Assembly: GCA_018644665.1 (NCBI GenBank)
Contig: JABGQA010000077.1
Location: forward strand, 3,263 to 67,262
From: Candidatus Poribacteria bacterium
Lineage (GTDB): Bacteria > Poribacteria > WGA-4E > GCA-2687025
Direction of reading: 5' to 3'
DNA length: 64,000 bases
Shown in pieces: positions 29,820 to 39,669 of this stretch. A program made the position numbers and the translations under genes. Numbering within the stretch: position 1 is the first letter of the stretch; each line of letters opens with the position of its first letter. Below the pieces are notes generated by a model. The model did no database searches, was not told where the DNA came from, and worked only from the letters and a program-made list of their open reading frames with translations.

Positions 29820-31112
29820 TCATCCCGGAGATGCGTCGCCGGGAACGATGGCGCCGTGTTCACGAAGCAGCTTGCGGATCTCGGCGAGCGGCACGCTCAA
29901 AGGCGTGGTCTCATGCTGCGCAGCCAGGGATGCCGTGGCGCCAGCGGCCTGGCCCATCGCCATACAAGATGCCTGGACGCGCAGTCCAGAATTGGCCAGC
30001 CGGTCACTTGAGACGCAGCGTCCGGCGACGATGATATTCCGGCCATCTTTGGGGATCAGGGCCCGCAAAGGAATCGTCGGCACCGTGCCAGGCTTGAGCG
30101 GCTTGGGCCGTACACCAGTCTTCGAGTGAAGGTCGACCGGATAGAACGCGTTGCAGATCGCATCGTCGTATGTCCTGCCGGATGTGTAGTCGTTCACGGT
30201 AATCATCGTCTCGCCGACAATACGGTAGCTTTCCCGAAAGCCAGGTTCCGACTGCAAGTGCATCAGACGTTGTTTCTCCTCGCGCACCTTCGCGAGCACG
30301 GCCTTGCGACCGGTCATGCTGGCTTTGGTGACCGTGCGCGAGTTTGATGAGTCGGCGCCGTGCACATACAACGCGTGCAGCTGGCCGCGTCCGGGGTCAT
30401 TGGCGCTGCCGATCTGGAATAGCATGGCGCCCGGTTGGGTTTCCTCCTCGCGCAGCCGCGGCAGCCTGAGCATGCCGACCACCTCGGCTCCACCCGTGCA
30501 GTCGACAATCTGTTTGCAGAGCACGCGGCGTCGTGTCCCGAATCCGGCGCAATCGACCTGCCAGCCGTCGGCGGTTTCCGTGATCGCCTGGGGAAACTCG
30601 TAGTACGCGATCTGGACTCCAGCTTGCGTGCACTTTTCCTCGGCCATGATTGCGTAGAGGAACATATTGACCGGGACCTGATTTTCCCAATGTCGCTGAG
30701 GTACTTTGGAGAAGTCCGGGAGCGTGCCGCCATCCAACTCGACGCTCTCGCGAACCAACTCCCAACCGATGCCGGCAATGATCTGGTTCCCCCAGGCGTC
30801 GAACAGGCCAGGAAACGCAACGCCACCCGTCGTCGTCGTGCCCCCAAGCTGGCTGTGCCGCTCGACGAGCAGCGTCTTCGCCCCAGCGCGTCCCGCCTGA
30901 ATCGCTGCGATCGTCCCTGCTGTGCCGCCTCCGACGACCAGCACGTCGACATCGCAGCTGACGTCGCCATCGGCCATCGCGACCTGATCTTCCTCCACCT
31001 CGGCGCCCACGACGGCATTTGCTGTCGACGTGCTCGCCAGTCCCGCGCCAGCGGAACCCAAACGGGAGTGCTGGAGGACGTCTCGCCGGCCCGTCTGTTC
31101 CTCGTTCCTCAC
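29820..31112 (-). CDS. FAD-dependent oxidoreductase (FAD_oxidored family), possible Tat substrate
   Basis: VVGGGTAG, LGGTTT, VDCTGGA, RESYRIVG, IPLRALIP, VAGRCVSSD, RVQASCMAMGQAAG; N-terminal GRRDVLQ. Confidence 0.88.
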   Translation of the reverse strand: MRNEEQTGRRDVLQHSRLGSAGAGLASTSTANAVVGAEVEEDQVAMADGDVSCDVDVLVVGGGTAGTIAAIQAGRAGAKTLLVERHSQLGGTTTTGGVAFPGLFDAWGNQIIAGIGWELVRESVELDGGTLPDFSKVPQRHWENQVPVNMFLYAIMAEEKCTQAGVQIAYYEFPQAITETADGWQVDCAGFGTRRRVLCKQIVDCTGGAEVVGMLRLPRLREEETQPGAMLFQIGSANDPGRGQLHALYVHGADSSNSRTVTKASMTGRKAVLAKVREEKQRLMHLQSEPGFRESYRIVGETMITVNDYTSGRTYDDAICNAFYPVDLHSKTGVRPKPLKPGTVPTIPLRALIPKDGRNIIVAGRCVSSDRLANSGLRVQASCMAMGQAAGATASLAAQHETTPLSVPLAEIRKLLREHGAIVPGDASPG

Positions 31113-31684
31113 GATGAGGTTCCTGTTCTTCTATCGCGGCACGTCACGGCGGGAGGGTGGAGTCTCAGTCGTGCAATGAACGGTGCGTGAGGCGGCCCGG
31201 GTCCTTGGACGCCAGCCTGTGCCAATCGGCGCGGCCGAAGGGTTGCCACTGGCCTCGTGGTGAACTGTGCCCGCTGCCGCGTATGACCAACGCTCCCGGT
31301 CCTCGTCACTCTGTCCCGCTTTTATGCCCGGTCAGCCGGACGACCTACGATATGTTGCGGCCGGGCCCGTGCATCGGCAGACATCTAGGCCAAGGCAGTC
31401 GCTGTCTCGGGACCGCTCGCGAACCAGGATGTAGCGGGTGGCTGTCGTCCGTCGGCCGCAACCGTGTGGGCTCCCGAGGCGGTATCCGCGCCCTGCCGCG
31501 ACATCCCAGCATGCAGATGCTCTGTGGCCGGTACGGCTCTCGGAAGCCGGAAGGACGAGGTTCGAACGCGACCGACTCCGCCGTGGTCGCGCAGAGGCAG
31601 TCGCGCGTGGACGCATTCAGGCTCCCTACACGACCACCCCGCCCAACTGCGGGCGATGTGCGAGACGCCAGTTGACGCGGCCGC

Positions 31685-32473
31685 CTACACGTCCCCGGCG
31701 AAGATCTTGTCCATCTCCGCGCTGAGCGCGAAGCAGCCGTCGCGCGGGTTGTCGCGGTCTTGCGGCATTTCGGCAGTGACCCAACCGTCGTAACCGATGT
31801 CGCTTAGGGCGTCCATCGACGCGCCCCAGTCGAGGTTCCCGCCGAGCAGCGTTGGTGTGAACTGTCGCGTGGACGTGTCGAAGCCCTTCACGTGCACCTT
31901 GCTAATCCGCGCCCCGAGCGTCCGAATCCACTGATGGGGGAAGCCGTACAGCGCGATGTTCCCGACATCGAAATACGCCGTCACGTACTCCGAGTTGAAC
32001 TGGTCCACGTACTGAGCGAACTCCGTCGGGCTCAGCAGGAACTTATTCCACACGTTTTCGAGGCCGATGTCGATCTTCTTCTTTTTGGCGACTTCGAGCA
32101 TGCCGAGGATCTCGAACTGCGAGCGAATCCAGGCTTCTTCGTAGTTCACGGTGTCGTTCACCACCGCCGGGACGAGCAGCACGGTGCCCGCATCGGCCGC
32201 TTCCGCGCTCGCGAACGACGCCATCATCCCGTCCACGGACTCCTGACGCACGGCCGGGTCCGGGTCTGAGAGCGGCTTCGCCCAGTGCGCGGAGTTCATG
32301 ATGCTGGGGATCTCGACGCCGTGCTTCTTCGCCAACGCCGCGGCCTTCCGGCGCGTCTCGTCGTCGTTGAGGGTGCCGAGTTCTACGCCGACAAAGCCCG
32401 CCTCTACGGCGAGCGCGAAGCCTTCTTCGCTGATGGCGCCGGGTAGCGTGCCTATGCAGATGCCCTTTTTCAC
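31685..32473 (-). CDS. sugar-phosphate isomerase/epimerase (AP endonuclease 2 TIM barrel)
   Basis: LENVWNKFLLSP, YFDVGN, VHVKGF, GYDGWVTAE. Confidence 0.88.
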   Translation of the reverse strand: MKKGICIGTLPGAISEEGFALAVEAGFVGVELGTLNDDETRRKAAALAKKHGVEIPSIMNSAHWAKPLSDPDPAVRQESVDGMMASFASAEAADAGTVLLVPAVVNDTVNYEEAWIRSQFEILGMLEVAKKKKIDIGLENVWNKFLLSPTEFAQYVDQFNSEYVTAYFDVGNIALYGFPHQWIRTLGARISKVHVKGFDTSTRQFTPTLLGGNLDWGASMDALSDIGYDGWVTAEMPQDRDNPRDGCFALSAEMDKIFAGDV

Positions 32474-32645
32474 GTTCTTCTCCTGGTAGATTCCTGTCGG
32501 GGTCCGTGTTCGCGCCGATTCTACGGGAAAACCGACGCGTGGTCACGGGTCGCCGTAGTCGGGCGGCGCCGCCTTCCATCCGCGCGGTGTAACGGGTTAC
32601 TCTGCGTCATTCCCGCGCCGCGCTCCGACAGGATGAGGTTGCACT

Positions 32646-33545
32646 ATGGATAGCCCGGACACGTTCACTTCGCACGGCGTCGAATTCAGCCGAGACGCGG
32701 AGAAGTTCGGCTGGCTCACCGAATCGAGCGACATACGCGAAGATGGCGGTGCTCTGCGCGCCCGCATGGCCAAGGACGGCTACCTGTTCATCCGCGACTG
32801 CCTCGACAAGGACGTCGTCACGGGCGCGCGTCGCGAGATTCTGGAGCGCCTCGCCTCGGTGGACGAGATCGACACGTCGCATCCGCTGATGGACGCCGTC
32901 GCGTCCGGCACGTCGACGCGCGGCAAACTCCCCGACACGCGCGCCTTCGGTAACGACCTGCGGAACGGCCCCGCGCTGACGCGGTTGGTGCACGAGGGCA
33001 ATGTCATCTCCTTCTATGAGACGTTCCTCGGCGGCGAGGTGCGCCCGTTCGACCACATATGGCTGCGCAACGTGCGCGTCGGCGGGGCGACGGGCTGTCA
33101 CTACGACGTCGTCTACATGGGACGCGGCACGCACAACCTTTACACGAGCTGGATACCCATCGGCGACGTGCCGTATTGCGACGGCGCGCTCATGATCCTC
33201 GAAGACTCGCACACGCATCAGGACTTGCGCGAGGGCTACGGCGCCGTCGACGTAGACAGCGGCAAGCCGAACCCATGGGGCGGCGGATGGTTCAGCCGCA
33301 ACCCGGTGGAAGTTCAGGATCAATTCGGCGGGCGCTGGCTTACTGCGGACGACGGAGGCTTCCGTCTCGGCGATCTGCTGGTGTTCAGCATGTTCACGAT
33401 GCACTGCTCGCTCGATAATGTCTCGCCCGTGAATCGCATCCGCATTACGTCGGACACGCGGTACCAACTCGCGTCGGAGCCGGCAGACGAGCGGTGGGTT
33501 GGCGACGACCCTGTCGGGCACGACATCAACAAGCGGTCTGCGTAA
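32646..33545 (+). CDS. phytanoyl-CoA dioxygenase (PhyH) family Fe/2OG oxygenase
   Basis: DGYLFIR, HYD, WIPIGD, SH, GDLLVF...MHCS, RITSDTRYQ. Confidence 0.9.
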   Translation: MDSPDTFTSHGVEFSRDAEKFGWLTESSDIREDGGALRARMAKDGYLFIRDCLDKDVVTGARREILERLASVDEIDTSHPLMDAVASGTSTRGKLPDTRAFGNDLRNGPALTRLVHEGNVISFYETFLGGEVRPFDHIWLRNVRVGGATGCHYDVVYMGRGTHNLYTSWIPIGDVPYCDGALMILEDSHTHQDLREGYGAVDVDSGKPNPWGGGWFSRNPVEVQDQFGGRWLTADDGGFRLGDLLVFSMFTMHCSLDNVSPVNRIRITSDTRYQLASEPADERWVGDDPVGHDINKRSA

Positions 33546-33556
33546 GGGGACGAGAC

Positions 33557-34327
33557 ATGCTCAAGGTCCGGTACGAGGAGATGCTCCCGCACGAGATCCG
33601 AACGGCCCGCGAAGAGCGCGCGTTGGCGTATCTGCCCCTCGGCACGCTGGAGTGGCATGGACCGCAGAACGCCGTCGGCCTCGACGGCCTGAAGGCGCAC
33701 GCGCTCTGCTGCGAATTCGCCGCAGAACATGGTGGCCTCGTGATGCCCACGATATTCTGGGGAGACAACCGCGCGGACATCCTCGAGATCGTCTACCATC
33801 CGAGCAAGTTCAACTCGCTCACGCGCGACCATCGACCGGAAGTCGCGGACGCCTACGGCATCCCCTTCGAGAAGCTTGAGCGTAACGCGAAGCGCGCGGA
33901 GGAGAGCGGTGGATGGAGCTTCTTCGAGGAACTTGTCACGCGCGCGTTCCATCAGATCGAGTCGCTTGGGTTCGAGGAGGTCGTCTGTATCACGGGGCAC
34001 TACCCCGAGAGCGGCCCGGCGAAGGCCGCGCGAGAGCGCTACCTTGAGGACGACGGTGAGTGCGCGGTCCACGTGTTCATCGGCTATGACCTCGTGTCCG
34101 ACGAGGGCTACCGTGGAGATCATGCCGCGCGCTGGGAGACGTCCCTGCTGTGGGCGCTCAGACCCGAATGCGTCGACGCCAGCCTCACCGAGACGGACGC
34201 GGAGGAGCCCACCGGCATCGCGGGGCCGCACCCTCGGGACGCGTCACCCGGCTTCGGTCGGGAGGCGGTCGCCCGGATGGTCGCGCGACTCGGCGACCAC
34301 TTGACGTCGTCGCGCGGCGGAGAATGA
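33557..34327 (+). CDS. creatininase-family amidohydrolase
   Basis: PLGTLEWHGPQ...GLD, TGHY, DHAARWETS. Confidence 0.88.
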   Translation: MLKVRYEEMLPHEIRTAREERALAYLPLGTLEWHGPQNAVGLDGLKAHALCCEFAAEHGGLVMPTIFWGDNRADILEIVYHPSKFNSLTRDHRPEVADAYGIPFEKLERNAKRAEESGGWSFFEELVTRAFHQIESLGFEEVVCITGHYPESGPAKAARERYLEDDGECAVHVFIGYDLVSDEGYRGDHAARWETSLLWALRPECVDASLTETDAEEPTGIAGPHPRDASPGFGREAVARMVARLGDHLTSSRGGE

Positions 34328-34356
34328 CTCGACGGTATCGTGGTGGGGAGAGCTAC

Positions 34357-34806
34357 ATGAACACTATCGCTACGGTGGCGACCCATGTGTGGGGCGCGGC
34401 CCCAGCCGGCGACCTCGTACGGATCGTGCCGATACTCCCCGTGCCTGACGTGGCCGCTGCCGTGGCGTACTACCGTGATCGGTTGGGATTCGAGGTGCTG
34501 TTCATGCACTCGCCCGAGGGCGTGGGCGACTACGCCGGGGTCAGCCGGGACGGCTGCGACATCCACTTCAACCAGGGCGCCGCGCCGGAGCTTCCGAACA
34601 CGGGTACCGCTCTGTACTTGCAGGTGCGGGACGTAGATCGGTTCTACGCGGAGATCCGAGAGCGCGGGGCGTTCGCTCCGGGCTTCCCACGTGTCTTCCC
34701 CGCGATCCGCGAGCACCCCCCGGAAGACAAGGAGTACGGTCTGCGCGACACGATATTCGTAGATCCCCACGGCTACATCGTGGTCGCCGGGACGCCATAC
34801 GAGTAG
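34357..34806 (+). CDS. VOC/bleomycin-resistance family protein
   Basis: PILPVPDVAAAVAYYRDRLGF, YLQVRDVD, EYGLRDTIFVDPHG. Confidence 0.85.
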   Translation: MNTIATVATHVWGAAPAGDLVRIVPILPVPDVAAAVAYYRDRLGFEVLFMHSPEGVGDYAGVSRDGCDIHFNQGAAPELPNTGTALYLQVRDVDRFYAEIRERGAFAPGFPRVFPAIREHPPEDKEYGLRDTIFVDPHGYIVVAGTPYE

Positions 34807-34828
34807 GTCAGGGCGGGCCGAAGCGGCC

Positions 34829-35272
34829 TCAGTACTCCAGCAGCGACGTTAGCACGTAGGGAAAGTCGGAGGCGATCTGCGAGTTCGGCGCGACCATGTC
34901 CGCGCCCAATTCCTTCGCTCGCTTGAACGCCGCAGTATCCACGTGGCTGCCGAACGCCAGCACGGGCAACTCGCGCGTCTCCGGAGTGGATCGGACGTGG
35001 GCCAGGAGGCCTTCCCAGTCGAACCCGTCCTTGTTAAAGGAGAGCAACACCGCGAGGAACTGCTCCTCCGCGAGCTTCTTGCGTGCGATGTCGATGTTAC
35101 CCGCGCCGGTCGCCTCGTAGCCCAGAGATATCGCCCCTTCGCGGAGCTTCGCGAAGAGGAACAGGTCCGCGACAATGAGCAGCTTGCCCTTGCCCTTGCC
35201 GTTCGCGGCGGTCTCGGGCGTGCCGGTGGATGCTTCGGTCACGTGTCTTTCCCCTCCGCGCGTGGATTCCAT
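34829..35272 (-). CDS. stand-alone atypical receiver-domain protein
   Basis: CheY-like pattern (ADLFL...VLLSFN...LPVLAFGSHVD...AKELGAD) lacking the phospho-Asp and Lys; start may be GTG 35242. Confidence 0.7.
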   Translation of the reverse strand: MESTRGGERHVTEASTGTPETAANGKGKGKLLIVADLFLFAKLREGAISLGYEATGAGNIDIARKKLAEEQFLAVLLSFNKDGFDWEGLLAHVRSTPETRELPVLAFGSHVDTAAFKRAKELGADMVAPNSQIASDFPYVLTSLLEY

Positions 35273-35820
35273 TCCGCCTCACCGACGTCTGCCCGCGCGT
35301 TGACGGTCCTCGCCAGGACGAACAGCAGGTCCGAGAGTCGATTCAGGTAGACGAACACGTGCTCGTTCACCGCTTCCTCAGCCGCCAGCTCCGCGACCCG
35401 CCGCTCCGCGCGACGACACACACCACGCGCGACGTGAAGCGCCGTCGCCGCAGGCATACCCGATGGCAGGATGAACGCCCTCAACGTCGGGAGCTCCGCC
35501 TCGCAGGCGTCGATGGCGTCTTCGACTTCGCGCGGCTGCTCGGCGGACAGCCTCGCGATTGCCGACGGCGTGGAGCCATCTTCGGCCGCGGGCGTCGCGA
35601 GGTCCGCGCCCACCTCGAACAGCCGTCGCTGCGCCGTCTCCAGAACGGTCGCGATGTCCTCGTCGCAGGGGCGATCCAGCGCAGCCACGACGACACCGAG
35701 ATGTGCGTTCAGTTCGTCCACGGAGCCGTACGCCTCGATGCGGGGGCTGTATTTCGGCAGGCGAGCCCCGCCGAACAGCTCCGTGTCGCCGTCGTCTCCA
35801 CGCTTGGTGTAAATCTTCAT
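35239..35820 (-). CDS. pduO: PduO-type ATP:cob(I)alamin adenosyltransferase
   Basis: MKIYTKRGDDGDT, AYGSVDELN, FILP, RRAER, YLNRLSDLLFVLAR. Confidence 0.93.
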   Translation of the reverse strand: MKIYTKRGDDGDTELFGGARLPKYSPRIEAYGSVDELNAHLGVVVAALDRPCDEDIATVLETAQRRLFEVGADLATPAAEDGSTPSAIARLSAEQPREVEDAIDACEAELPTLRAFILPSGMPAATALHVARGVCRRAERRVAELAAEEAVNEHVFVYLNRLSDLLFVLARTVNARADVGEAEWNPRAEGKDT

Positions 35821-35920
35821 GCGGAATAAGGCCCATGGTTCATCGCGAGTTCGCGCGCTCTGGATTGATGGTACGCCGAGGCGCCGTCTTGAGAGACGTG
35901 AAGTTGGCGCCAGACCACGT

Positions 35921-36760
35921 CTACACGCCTGGGAGGGCTCGCTCCGCCGTGGCGTGCCGCTGCCCGAGCGCCATTGACAGCAGGACCAGCAGCGTCGAGT
36001 TCGCCAACAGTAGCGCCGAGATCGCGTTCACCTCGGGCGTCACGCCGAAGCGCAACGTCGAGAAGATCTTGAGGGATAGCGTCGTCGCCCCCGGGCCGGC
36101 GGTGAAGTAGGTCACCACGAAGTCGTCGATGGAATTCGTGAACGCAAGCAGCGCGCCGCTAAGAATGCCCGGCGCCAGTAGAGGGAACTGCACCCGCCAG
36201 AACGCCTGCCACCGCGTCGCCCCTAGGTCGAGCGCCGCCTCTTCCAGGAACTCAGGGATGCCCCGGAAGCGCGCCCGCACGACCACGGCGACGAACGAGA
36301 TGTTGAATGCGACATGTGCGAAGATCACCGTAGCCTTGCCCAGCGATAGGCGGATGCCCAGCACCGACCACGCCGCCCGCGCCACCGCGCTATAGAAGAC
36401 CGCCAGCGCGATGCCCATGATGAGGTCTGGCACGACGATCGGCAGGTAGAGCGTCATCACCGCCATGTGCTTCGCGCGGAAGCGCGTGCGCTCCAAGGCC
36501 ATTGCCGCCATCGTGCCGAGGGTCGTCGCGAGCGCCGTGGATACTCCCGCGATCACGAGGCTGTTCCACCCCGTGCGGAACCAGTCGCGGTTCCCGAGCA
36601 GCGACCCGTACCAGCGCAACGTGGCGCCCTCCCACTGCGCGGTGAACTGCGAGTCGTTGAACGAGAAGACCACGAGCACCACTATCGGCGCGTACAGGAA
36701 CAGATAGACCGCGCCCATGGGCACGGAGATCCAGTCGAAGCGGCGCCTAGACGGCGACAC
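35921..36760 (-). CDS. potC: polyamine ABC transporter permease, PotC-like
   Basis: FLYAPIVVLVVFSFN, LRWY, EAA loop LEEAALDLGA, SIDDFVVT, GVTPEVNA. Confidence 0.85.
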   Translation of the reverse strand: MSPSRRRFDWISVPMGAVYLFLYAPIVVLVVFSFNDSQFTAQWEGATLRWYGSLLGNRDWFRTGWNSLVIAGVSTALATTLGTMAAMALERTRFRAKHMAVMTLYLPIVVPDLIMGIALAVFYSAVARAAWSVLGIRLSLGKATVIFAHVAFNISFVAVVVRARFRGIPEFLEEAALDLGATRWQAFWRVQFPLLAPGILSGALLAFTNSIDDFVVTYFTAGPGATTLSLKIFSTLRFGVTPEVNAISALLLANSTLLVLLSMALGQRHATAERALPGV

Positions 36761-36780
36761 GCGTGCGATCCAGGCTGGCG

Positions 36781-36966
36781 CTACGGCCGGAACTGCTCAA
36801 GGACTTCCATCTGCTGCAACAGGGAGTACAACACCACGGCGGCGATTACCAGGATGACGAAGTAGAACGCCCAGACGACCAGCCGGCAACCGACGCGCAG
36901 GATACGCCCCAGCACCAGTAAGAGCAGGACCGCGACAACCGCGGCTATCAACGCCGTGGATAACAT
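36781..36966 (-). CDS. small two-TM membrane protein
   Basis: Very hydrophobic 61 aa ORF with an AGAGGA RBS, co-oriented with potC. Confidence 0.65.
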   Translation of the reverse strand: MLSTALIAAVVAVLLLLVLGRILRVGCRLVVWAFYFVILVIAAVVLYSLLQQMEVLEQFRP

Positions 36967-37432
36967 GCGTCGTCCTCTGTCGCGTGGATGGGGCCGGTCG
37001 CGTGCAACGATGTTACCTCAGACGCTCGGGCGGGCACAGCGGCCGACCCGATCGTCTCTCTGTCCATGGCCGTCTGTGGGTCCGTAGACCCGGTTACGTC
37101 CGCGCCGAGGGCCCCGCCGGCGCCAGTGAGTCACGCCTGCGACAACAGGTCATGTACGCCGCGCCCAAGGCCGGGCGCGCAACCGCGCCGAGCTAGCGCC
37201 GATGGGCCGCGCGCGCGTGGGTTCGGCCCCGGCACCCGGTATGTCGTCCGGCGGGGCGGCCGGGCATCATGGCGGGCCCAGTGCGATTGGGAAGCGGCGA
37301 TATCGCCCCGTCCCGATTCGATCACGGTGGGGGCTGCCGGCCGTCCGACGTGGCGACGTAGACGAGGGCGGAGTCCGCGAGCGAACACGTCGGCCGTCCG
37401 CTTGCCCGGTCTCTATCGGCGGAGGGGCTGGC

Positions 37433-38065
37433 CTACCGTCGCGTGTGCGCGGGCCGCCATCCCGCGGCGGCTCGTGGCAGCGCGCCTCCGAGCATCGACC
37501 GCACCGGCGACAGCATTCCGCCCGTCAGCAGGTAGCCTGTTGTGCCCACTACGACCGTTGGTTCGCCGGACGCAGGATCCACATACAGACCGCGAACTCG
37601 CACGGCTATGATGTGCGTGACGTCGTTTATCCACACGTGCGTGAGGTGGACGCCACGCCGCAAGGGAACGGTGGCGACGTTCACGTATCCACCTTCGCGG
37701 TGGACGAGAGCGGCGAGATGATGGGTCACGCCGTCTGGCCCCATGTCGTCGATCAGGACTGCTGCAGCGTCTCGGCCATCGTCGCCTCCGAGATCACCCA
37801 GGGCGACCACACTATGGAGGGCCACGACACGAGTCGGCGCTCCGTCGACGTCGGCGGCAGATGCGGACTCGTCGGCCGCAATCGCTCGGTACTCTCCGCC
37901 CGTGAGTTGGACCGTCGACCCGTCTATCTGGTACGTGCCGTTCAGCAGCGCGTCCGGTGTCAGACCCACGTCAGCGCAGCCAGAGGCCGCGACAGGCCCG
38001 AGCAGAAGCACCCACTTCCGCGCTCCGGGGTGGACGGCGGCTCGCCAGAGATCACTCGCCGACAT
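37433..38065 (-). CDS. putative lipoprotein / secreted hypothetical protein
   Basis: Lipobox-like ASGC; LLNGTY...VQLTGGEY...GDLGGDDGRDAAAVL (Ca-loop-like); start overlaps the end of the regulator gene. Confidence 0.6.
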   Translation of the reverse strand: MSASDLWRAAVHPGARKWVLLLGPVAASGCADVGLTPDALLNGTYQIDGSTVQLTGGEYRAIAADESASAADVDGAPTRVVALHSVVALGDLGGDDGRDAAAVLIDDMGPDGVTHHLAALVHREGGYVNVATVPLRRGVHLTHVWINDVTHIIAVRVRGLYVDPASGEPTVVVGTTGYLLTGGMLSPVRSMLGGALPRAAAGWRPAHTRR

Positions 38066-38708
38066 GCACGATTCCTTCGCGCATCGCATAGCGGAATAGC
38101 TCTGCGCGGGACCGCAAGTGCAGCTTCTCCATGACGCGTCGGCGGTGGTTCTCGGCAGTCTTGACCCGCACGCCAAGATGCGAGGCTACCTCGCGGTTCG
38201 TGTGCCCCGTTGCCACCAGCTCCGCGACCTTGCGTTGCCGTGTCGTCAGATCGGTGGATTTGGGCGTCGGCCGCAGACGGCCGCGCGCGACGAGGTCGGC
38301 GGCATCCTCTCGAGCCAGGAATCTTCCGCAGAGGTACGTCTCTCCTGCGTACGCCTGCCGCACCGCTGCGCTCAGCTCCTCCACCGAACAGTCCTTAACG
38401 ACATAGCACGTGGCGCCGAGGCGTATGGCCTCAATCGCATCCCAGGCGTCGTCCGCAAGACCGAGCACGACGATGCCGGACCGAGGGTGCGCTCTACGAA
38501 GGGCGGCGACGGCGTGGCGGTCGCCGCCGTCCAGGTATCCCGCGCCGAGGACAACGACGTCCGGGGCCAGGCCAGGCCCCTGGAGAGCGACCTGATCCGT
38601 GCCGTCTGCCTCACCGACCACGACCATGTCCGGCAGCGAGTCTAGGAGAACACGCGCCGACGCGCGGTAGAGGTGGTACGGCTCCACAAGGAGGATTCGG
38701 ATGGGCAT
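38052..38708 (-). CDS. NarL/LuxR-family response regulator with degenerate receiver
   Basis: IRILLV...VVGEA...PDVVVL...YVVKD receiver plus intact LuxR HTH (LTTRQRKV...TNREVA...KTAENHRRRVMEKL). Confidence 0.88.
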   Translation of the reverse strand: MPIRILLVEPYHLYRASARVLLDSLPDMVVVGEADGTDQVALQGPGLAPDVVVLGAGYLDGGDRHAVAALRRAHPRSGIVVLGLADDAWDAIEAIRLGATCYVVKDCSVEELSAAVRQAYAGETYLCGRFLAREDAADLVARGRLRPTPKSTDLTTRQRKVAELVATGHTNREVASHLGVRVKTAENHRRRVMEKLHLRSRAELFRYAMREGIVHVGE

Positions 38709-38814
38709 GCGATCGTCCCTGACCCTGTCCATGGCGATGGTGTCCGTAGCGTCCGCGTACACAGCGTGCCGAGCCAGCGCCCCGATCACCCACAGTGACG
38801 TCGGGGTGGCGGAG

Positions 38815-39669
38815 CTAGCCAGTCGCCTGGATTCCTACGGCAGTCGGCAACTCGATGAAGACCACGGTACCGCTCCCAGGCGCCGACTCGAACCACATGT
38901 GCCCCCCGGCGGCAGCGAGCTGTTCCCGCGCGAGGAGGAGGCCAGACAAGGGGTCGGCCGACCGCGCTAGTACCGTGTCCACATCGAACCCGACGCCGTC
39001 GTCCTCGACGACTATGGCAAGCTCGCGCGCACAGCGTCGCACCGAAACGCTGACCTCACGCGCGCCTGCGTGATGCGCGATGTTGTCCAGTGTTGCTTGC
39101 ACCGCACGGTAGACGGCGATCTCCTCGTATGGCGCCAGGGCCCCGGGCGGCAACTCGTCAGCGTGGAAGTCCACCTTGGCGCCGGCCTGGGTTGCCAGGC
39201 TCCGCGCGTCCTGTTCCAGGGCCCCCGTGAGGCCCAGGTGGTCCAACGACCATGGCCGGATGTCGGTGGCAAGCGACCGGACCACATCCAGCGCATCGCT
39301 CACCATGGCGCGCAAATTCTCGATCCGGTCGTGGGCCGGGCCTGAGGGCACATCGCCACGCACGACCTTCAGCTCTAGCAGGAGGGACGCCAACAACTGG
39401 CCGGTCCGCTCCCGAAGCTCCTGCGCGATGTGGGCGTACTCGCGCTCCTGCGTCGACAGCAGCCACCTCAGCAACTCGGTGCGAGCTTGCGCCGCCCGAC
39501 GTACTGCGGATTCAGTGCGGCATTGCTCCGCGAGTTCTCGTTCGAGCCGCCCGACGGTTCGTTCCAATTCCGCCACGCGCTCCACGGCGCACCGCCCCGC
39601 GCCAGCGCCATCGGCCACGCGTGGCTCAGCGTCCTCATGCGGGCGTTCGTTCTCGATCAACTCTGGCAT
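38815..39669 (-). CDS. cytoplasmic HisKA_3-type histidine kinase-like protein lacking the phospho-His
   Basis: Coiled coil, IAQELRERTGQ H-box region, IRPWSLDHLGL, YRAVQATLDNIAHHA N-box, EDDGVGFD, ESAPGSGT. Confidence 0.85.
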   Translation of the reverse strand: MPELIENERPHEDAEPRVADGAGAGRCAVERVAELERTVGRLERELAEQCRTESAVRRAAQARTELLRWLLSTQEREYAHIAQELRERTGQLLASLLLELKVVRGDVPSGPAHDRIENLRAMVSDALDVVRSLATDIRPWSLDHLGLTGALEQDARSLATQAGAKVDFHADELPPGALAPYEEIAVYRAVQATLDNIAHHAGAREVSVSVRRCARELAIVVEDDGVGFDVDTVLARSADPLSGLLLAREQLAAAGGHMWFESAPGSGTVVFIELPTAVGIQATG

